Shown here piece by piece: positions 32,621-64,000 of a stretch of DNA of 64,000 nucleotides. A model generated the notes under the pieces. The model saw only the letters and a program-made list of their open reading frames with translations, searched no databases and was not told the origin of the DNA. How positions within the stretch are numbered: the first letter of the stretch is position 1; every line of letters starts with the position of its first letter. Position numbers and translations under genes: made by a program. Location of the stretch: positions 14,014,001-14,078,000 of the forward strand of contig NC_058369.1 in the NCBI RefSeq assembly GCF_018350175.1, in the 5' to 3' direction. This DNA is from Felis catus (lineage: Eukaryota).

Positions 32621-33413
32621 CTATCTTCGTCTGCTTGGGCTGTTACCACAAAGCATGATACAATTCTCCTGAGTACAACTGAGAATGAACTAATCCTTTC
32701 TCCAGAAAGAATGCAAAGTCTGTGGGGGATGTTTATTCTTGACCTCGATATCTTGTAAGTTGATTACTATGACGCGAAGCTAACCACACTTAAATACTAT
32801 GATATAAAGTCAATACATCACATCACATGATGAGGAGACAAGGAAGAAAACAAAGATATTTGCTGTATACGTTATACACACACATGCGGAACAAAAGAAG
32901 TTAGAAATACTCATGACAATGACAGTCCTCATCTCTATAACTGGTCATGTGGCCATAGCTGGTATATACTACCTTCTTCCACCACCCATCCCATATTCCC
33001 TTTGTTCTCAGCAAGCACCTGAGTGGGCATGGTTCTTTACTTCATGGGATGAGCCAAATCTTCATTCCTCAAAGGTCTGGGCCATTAGTAGTCTTGGCTG
33101 AATTGCGTTGTTGTAATTTTCCATTGACCTTCATGGTGATCCTAAGGGCATGGTCATACTTAGAGAAAACTTCAGCGATCTCCTACATGCCATATACACT
33201 CTTCCTTACCTGCATTGTGAGGTAGCTGGCCAGTTTCCCCTTGGTGGTCAGGATCAATAGCCCAGCCAGGAGACTAACTCCCTTCTTCACCTATTAACTC
33301 CAAGGCACGGGGAACCCCAAGTGGCTGGGTGGTCATCTTAACTTCAAGTTCAGTGGAATCATTGTTGTTTCTCCCGGTCTAAGCATTCCTCCCTTTGAAA
33401 TGAAGACCCTCTA

Positions 33414-33605
33414 GGGGCACCTGGGTGGCTCAGTCAGTCGAGCTTGCGACTTCGGCTCAAGGTCATGAGCTCGCAGTTCCTGAGTTCGACCCCCGCGTCA
33501 GGCTCTGGACTGACAGCACGGAGCCTGCTTGGGATTCTCTGTCTCTCTCTGTCTGTCCCTCCCCTACTCTCTCTCTCTCAAAATAAAGAAATAAACATTA
33601 AAAGG
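33414..33605 (+). mobile_element. SINEC inserted in ERV-L
   Basis: TSD gaaatgaagacc(c)tct. Confidence 0.88.
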
Positions 33606-34467
33606 AAAAAGAGAAATGAAGACCTCTCGGCCAGGAGAGCGGAAGGTCACGGGGACAGGAAGCAAAAACTTTGCGAGAGTGACAGCGGGGGTGAAAATGT
33701 GTGGTGCCACTCCCATCTCCGCCCCTTGATTCCCAGATCCGTGAATCCTGCCTGTGGGAAAGGATATTGGGTGATGATTCAGAGCACATGCAGCCTCCTG
33801 GAGAACCGTGCCCCAGCCCGGAAATGTATTGCTACCTTGCTAGCACCTCCCCCCCCCCCCACCAAGTCTTCAAATGGCTGTTCCACTACTGCTCTGCCAA
33901 ACCAGCTGTTCCGTGGTGGTGGGGAGCATGGGAAAAAAACAACGAATTTCATACACATGGGTCCATCGCTGCACTTTGTACGCTGGCAAGTGAGTTCCTT
34001 GGTCAGAAGCAATGCTGTGTGGAACACCATGATGGTGGATAAGGCATTCTGTTAAGCCCACAGATGGTAGTTTTGCCAGAAGCGTTGCATGCAGGGAAAG
34101 CAATTCCGTATCCAGAGTAAGTATCATTGCAGTAAGGACAAAATGCTCCTTTTTCCATAATGGAACCATTGTAATCAACCTACCACGAGGTAGCTGGCTG
34201 ATGACCTCGGGGAATGGTGCCATATCGGGGGCTCAGCGTTGGTCTCTGCTACTGGCAGATGGGACACTCAGCGGTGGCTAAAGCCAGACCGGCCTTGGTG
34301 AGTGGAAGTTCATGTTGAGCCCATATATAACCTCCATTCCTGCCACATGGCCACATGGTTCATGAGCCCACTGGATAATGGGCAGGGGTGGCTGGGGAAG
34401 GAGGCTGCCTGGTATCCACAGAACAGGCATAATCCTAGCCACTTGATCATTAAAATCCTCCTCTGCT

Positions 34468-34690
34468 GGGGCTCCTGGGTGACTCAGTCAGTTAAGCATC
34501 TGACTCTTGATTTCCGCTCGGGTCGCCATCTCACGGTTCATGAGATCGAGCCCTGCGTCAGTCTCTGTGCTGACATTGTGGAACCTGCTTAGGAATCTCT
34601 TTTCCTCTCTCTCTTTCTGCCCCTCCCCTGCTCACTCTCTCTCTCTCTCTCTCTAAAATAGATAAATAAACATTTAAAACAAAATAAAAG
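34468..34690 (+). mobile_element. SINEC inserted in ERV-L
   Basis: TSD aaa(t/g)cctcctctgctg. Confidence 0.88.
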
Positions 34691-35189
34691 CCTCCTCTGC
34701 TGAGGTCACCCTTTGGTAAACATTCACGTGGGACATAAGTATCTTCACATGTCCCCTATTCAAAGAGGCCTATTAACATACCTCTTTCCCAGATTTCTTT
34801 GTCACCAATTTTCCGATTGTCTTCCTTCCAATTCTCTGACCATCCAAGCAAACCACTCGCACAGCCCATAAATCAGCATAAAATTGCATGTTTGGCCTTT
34901 TCTCCTTCCAAGCAAAATGAGCAACTAAGTACACTGCTTGAAGTCTTGCCACTGGGCAGACTGCCCTTCACCATTGTCCTGAAGGGATGTCCCAGAGGGA
35001 CGGTAGTGTTGCAGCTGTCCCCTTTAGGTGGTGCCTGCAAATTGTATAATCCAGACCCGATATCACTTGCTCTGCCAGCTGATCACAATAAACTTCATAT
35101 GAGGCCGTAGATACAGCTACAGGCGAGAGGAGACCATATAGCAGAGGTGAGGACCAGGGGCATTTGGGCCACTTTTTTTTTTTTTAAAG

Positions 35190-35610
35190 TTTATTTACTT
35201 ATTTATTTATTAAAAACCTTTTTTAATGTTTTTATTTATTTTTGAGACAGAGAGCATGAGCATGGGAGGGTCAGAGAGAGGGGAGACACAGAATCTGAAG
35301 CAGGCTCCAGGCTCCGAGCGGTCAGCCACAGAGCCCGACCCGGGGCTCGAACTCACGGAGTATGAGATCATGACCTGAGCTGAAGTTGGATGCTTAACCG
35401 ACTGAGCCACCCAGGCACCCCTATTATTTATTTACTTACTTAGAGTGAGTGGGGAAGGGACAGAGGGAGAGGGAGAGAGAGATACCCAAGCAGTCTCCGT
35501 GCTGTCAGCGCAGATCCCAACGCGGGGCTCAAACCCATGAACCATGAGATCGTGACCTGAGCTGAAACCAAGAGTCGGGCGCTTAACTGACTGAGCCACC
35601 CAGGTGCCCC
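35190..35610 (-). mobile_element. Two tandem SINECs (about 35190-35421 and 35430-35610) inserted in ERV-L
   Basis: Two reverse-complement SINE bodies. Confidence 0.88.
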
Positions 35611-37849
35611 AACCGGCTGCTTCTTTGTGGCGTTTACTTGTGCCTTTGGGGTCGGCTTGGGCCAGATCGTGTATGTACCACTCCCATATGATGGTGGAGG
35701 GCTGCCGTGTACATCCACCTTTACAGGTTGATGTGTCAGACAATATATAGTTCATGCTGGGCTGCTCAGGTCACATGGTGACTTGGTGGCTCCATGTGAA
35801 GCATTCAGTCTCTACTAAGGCCCGGTAGCAGGCCTACAGCAGTTTCACAAAAGGAGAGTAGCTATCAGCAGAGGACGGCAGGCCTCTCCCCCAAATCCTA
35901 AGGGCCTGCACTGCGATTTGCTTACAGCAAATTCTATCGGCCGCTGCCTCTTCCAGCGTGATCGGGATGGCTGGATCTCATGGCTCAAGTGGCAGGGCAA
36001 CTTTTGGGGCCGTCATTTAGGTTTCTCTCTTGTTCTGGGCCTCACTTAACACTCAGTGTTTTGAGTCACCCAGGCCGGAGTGGGCCACCCAAAGGAGGAA
36101 TCGGTTGCCTCCAAGATCACGGAGGCCCACCGGACATGGTGCTTCTTTTTGGCTTGTGGTAGGGGCCAGATGCAACACCTTATCATTCACCTGAGAAGGG
36201 GAGTCTCGACGTGCTCCACACCGCTGCACCCCTAGAAGCTTTACAGAGATAGAGGGTCCCTGAAATTTTGTCAGATTTATTTCCCATCTTCTGACATGCA
36301 ACTGTCTTACCAATAAGTGTAGAGCGTTTTCTCCTTCTTACTCACAAGGCTCAATCTACATAACGCTATCAGTGTAATGGCCTGGTGTGGTATCTCGTGG
36401 AAGGGAAAGACGATCGAGATTCCTGATACCTAAATCATGACATAAGGCTGGAGAGTTGCTACACCCCTGAGATAGGAAAGTGAAGGTGTACGGCTGGCTT
36501 CGCCAGCTGAAAGCAAGCTACTTCTGGGGGGCCCTATGGACAGGGCTGGAGAAAAAGGCATTTACCAGCCCAATAGCTGCGTACCAGGTACCAGGGGAGG
36601 GTGTTAATTTGCTTAAGCAATGAAACCACTTTGGTAGAGTAGCTACAATTAGACTTACCACCTGGTTAAGCTTGCAATAATCTACGGTCATTCTCCAAGC
36701 TCCATCTGTCGTCTGCACAAGCCATGGAGGAGAGTGGAATGGGAATGTAGTGAGAATCACCACCCCTGCCTCTTTCAAGTCCTTGGTGGCAGCACTAATC
36801 TCTGGAATTGCAAGAATGCAGTATTGCTTTGGTTTACCATTTTCTTAGGTAGAAGCAGTTCCAGCGGCTTTCCCTCTGCTATTCCCCCCATAAGAGCCCG
36901 TACTCCACAGATCAGGGAACGGATATGAAGATTCTGCCAGCTGCTAAGTGTGCATTCCAGTTGTGCATTCCAGAACCGGGTGAAGAGCCACAGGATGGGT
37001 TTGGGGGCCACTGAACCCATATCTCACCTCCATAAGGGCCTGTGGAGGGCCACTCTGACTGGTGCACAACAGTGACATTTCGGGTCTCCTGGAACTAATG
37101 TCAGTTCAGAGCCAACGTCCCGTAATCCCTGAAAGGTCTGATTATTGCCTTTTCCCCAATGCACAGTTACCCTGGTAAGGGCCAGAGGTCCTGTGGTGGA
37201 AGGCTGAGAGAAAGATGAACAGTATAAATTTTCACTAGTGTGCTGGAGTCCTTCCTCAAGGTGACCCAGCCTCCCCTTCATTCAAAGGACTTGGGTTTGT
37301 GAACTGGCTCAAGTCTGGAAGTTGATTGAGGGGCTTGCGACTCTGTTTTTTATGATTCAAGACGGACTTTTGTTCACTTGATCTAGAACTCTTCTGCTTG
37401 TACAGAGCAAATAAGAATTGAGTAAGCTTCACATTTATTTCACTTCTGGGAGTAGAATGATCAGCTAGCTAAAGCCACAGAATAGTCTGTGGGTCAGACT
37501 TTTCTCATGGCTGCTTTGACTCTGCTATCCATTATGGTAACCATACCTGCCTTGCCTTTGGTGGTTGAGTGCCACCACTTGGCCCCTACCACTAGAGTCC
37601 AGTTACTCTCATTTCATTTAGGTTTCTCAATTCAGTGGCAGCAGTCACCACTGTAAGTTCTGCTCTGCAGAAATGAGTGATCAGAGAGTTCAAGGACGCT
37701 GGGCCCCTCCCCCACCTCCCTGCAAATTCACTTCTCAAAGTCCCAGTGGAAGGTGTGTCCTCTGGACCCTCTGAGGATTGTCTTAAATTACAATCCACTC
37801 TAACATTCTAACCTCTGGTAAGCCTTTGACTTCTTTTCTCTAAGCCATA

Positions 37850-38830
37850 GAGACTGTTACATTGTTTATTTCTCCTTTCAACTTTATCACATTTTGCTTA
37901 TGCGTTTTGGGACTTTGTTGTTAGGTCCATATATGTTTACAGTTATTATATCTTCCTAATAGATGGAAACGTTTATCATTATATGGTGCTCTTTGTCTTG
38001 AGTAACAATTTTAATCTTAACATTTATTTTATCTGATATTAGTATAGCCAATCCAGCTCGATTTTGGTTGTTGTTTGCGTGGACTGTCTTTCTCCATCCT
38101 TCTACTTTCAACCTATTTGTGTTTTTGAATCTAAAGTGAGTTTCTCTTTTTTTTTAAATTTCTTTTAATGTTTATTTTTGAGAGAAAGAGAGAGCGTGAG
38201 TGGGGAAGGTGCAGAGAGAGAGAGAGAGACACACACACACACAGAATTCGAAGCAGGCTCCAGGCTCCAGGGCTGACAGCTGTCAGCACAGAGCCCAACA
38301 CTGGGCTCAAACTCATGAACCGTGAGATCATGACCTGAGCCGATGTCAGAGGCTTAACCGACTGAACCACCCAGGTACCCCTAAAGTGAGTCTCTTGTAG
38401 ACAGCATATAGTTGGATCATTTTTTTAATGTGTTTTTTTAGTGTTTATTTTTGAGAGAGAGAGAGAGAGCGCGTGCACACAAGCTTGCATGCGCAGTGAG
38501 GGATAGAGAGAAATGGAGACAGAGAATCTGAAGCAGGCCCTGTGCCAACAGCAGAGAACCTGATGTGGGGCTCGAACTCACGAACTGCGAGATCATGACC
38601 TGAGCCAAAGTCAGACGCTTAACCAATTGAGTCACCTAGGCACCCCTGGATCATTTTTTAAAAAATCCATCTGATAATCTCTGCCCTTTTAGTGAAAAGT
38701 TTAATCCATTTACATTTAAATAATTACCGATAAGTACTTATTTCTGCCATGTGGCTATTGGCTCTTTATATGTCTGTGTCTCTCCCTCCACCAATTCCTC
38801 CATTACCAACTTCTTTTGTGTTAAATAATG
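37850..38830 (-). mobile_element. L1 fragment interrupted by two SINECs (about 38145-38381 and 38420-38646)
   Basis: tctgatattagtatagccaatccagct...tcttgtagacagcatatagttggatc; SINE TSDs taaagtgagt and tggatcattttt. Confidence 0.82.
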
Positions 38831-40189
38831 TTTGAGTGTACCATCCAAATGTCATTTTGCAGATGTGACTGTATGTAGAAAATAAGAGGAAATCCTTAGA
38901 AGTGGAATTGCTAGGTCAAAGGACGAGGGGGAGGGGATGTGTTTACAACTCTGATGGGTGTTACCAGATTGGTCTTAAATGCTTCTACCAATTCAATTGG
39001 ATATTTTCCAAAGAGGGCTTTATGCTTTATTGAAACCATCCATTGGCTTGTTGGGATTTCCTCTTCAACTGTGTCTTCCTGGAGAGGGGACCTAATTATT
39101 CAATTTCTGTATTCCCACATTTTAGTGCCTGGTAGGAGGCCAGAAAAGATGTAAAGAAAGAAAAAGGAACCTCTTTTCATGTAGAGACAGGAGTATTGGG
39201 AAATTAAGAACCATTCAGGATCAGGAACTTTTAGTGTAGCTGTGCAAACCAGGAGCCCTATGAACTGACTTCAAGCATTTAGAGAGCCCCAGAATCTCGG
39301 GACAAATAGGGAATTGGAGGTGGGGAGGTTCTCTGAGATACTATATAGAAAAGGAAGCTGAAGCTTGGAGTTAAGTTCATAAACCAGTAGCTGAGCCTGG
39401 GACAAACTTTTACTTAGCACCCATGTGTGGGTTATTATTATCCCCTTGGGGAAGACTGTGTGATGTGAACAAAGCTAATCCCTGTCCATGTGGAATTTTC
39501 CTTAATGTAGTTTTCATCCCATCTGCTTTATTATATGTTTTAAAGTTTCTATTTTTAAGCAATCTCTACATCCAACGTGGGACTTAAACTTACAACCCAG
39601 AGATCAAGATTCGGAGGCTCCACCGACTGAGCCAGCCCGGGGCTTCTCTTCATCCTATCATAATGGATAGTATTTAACCTTTCCCCAGGGAGGAAACTCT
39701 AGGCTCAGAGAGTTGAAGTCACTTGTACAAAGTCACACAGCCAGAAGGTGTCTCGGTCTGGATTTCACCCCAGAGCAAGTGCTCCCGATCAACTTTGCCA
39801 TATACTACCTCTGAATAACGATTACAATTATGTAATTATAACTAATGTAATTAATAAATTGCAATATAGCATTATAACGTTAGTATAGCTAATATATTAA
39901 CATTATTGTTATGATGATTACTGTCCTAAAAAGCAGCAGCAACCACCTTTGCCCTGGGCCAGCCTCCATGATAAGGGCTGTCCCCATTCTTTTATTCAAC
40001 CAATGAATGCTGACCACCTGTTTTGTGCCAGGTACTCCCCTCCCCCCCTCCCCATTTCACAGATGGAGAAACTGAGGCCCAGGAAGCTTCTCCCAGAGTT
40101 TGGGGTATACCGCAACTGGGTGTCCCGAGACCACCTTTGGAAAGCAACCGGATAGTGCTCAATTAACCCGAGGCACTCTCGCCGCCCCT

Positions 40190-64000
<23,811 letters not shown>

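Larger units (their letters stand above)
32690..37830 (-). mobile_element. Decayed ERV-L provirus internal region (gag-pro-RT-RNaseH-IN-dUTPase)
   Basis: Protease LRDVGSELTLVPGDPK; RT SPPWLVQTTDGAWRMTVDYCKLNQ; integrase HSIASDQGTH; dUTPase-like IDPDHQGE; many stops and frameshifts. Confidence 0.88.

Noticed and set aside
33870..37281. ERV-L ORF fragments as a domesticated retroviral gene
   Set aside because: Many frameshifts and stops, SINE interruptions, degraded RT and protease motifs

Overview
Mammalian (felid) GC-rich genomic DNA, assigned from about 30 SINEC_Fc-type carnivore SINEs. It contains the complete 19-exon COMP gene (cartilage oligomeric matrix protein/TSP5; minus strand, CDS 10901->3459, 2271 nt, 756 aa, all introns GT-AG) and the first 11 exons of UPF1 (plus strand, ATG 40721, cut off at the window end inside the Walker A motif). 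The first ~2.85 kb looks like the 3' UTR end of a convergent gene, probably CRTC1 by recalled synteny only. The ~29 kb between COMP and UPF1 is mostly SINEs, L1/L2/MIR fragments, MLT/MER elements and a decayed ERV-L provirus. I found no new gene system. The most interesting observations are: a SINE palindrome with 142 bp of perfectly identical, non-consensus arms; a cryptic ~39-nt repeat array and a 31-nt NRF1-site duplication in the UPF1 CpG island; a candidate in-frame 69-nt UPF1 cassette exon; the known UPF1 long-loop donor and U12 intron; and COMP changes at the RGD and poly-Asp disease sites. Repeat boundaries and subfamily names are by eye and approximate. Comparisons with human sequences are from memory and need checking.
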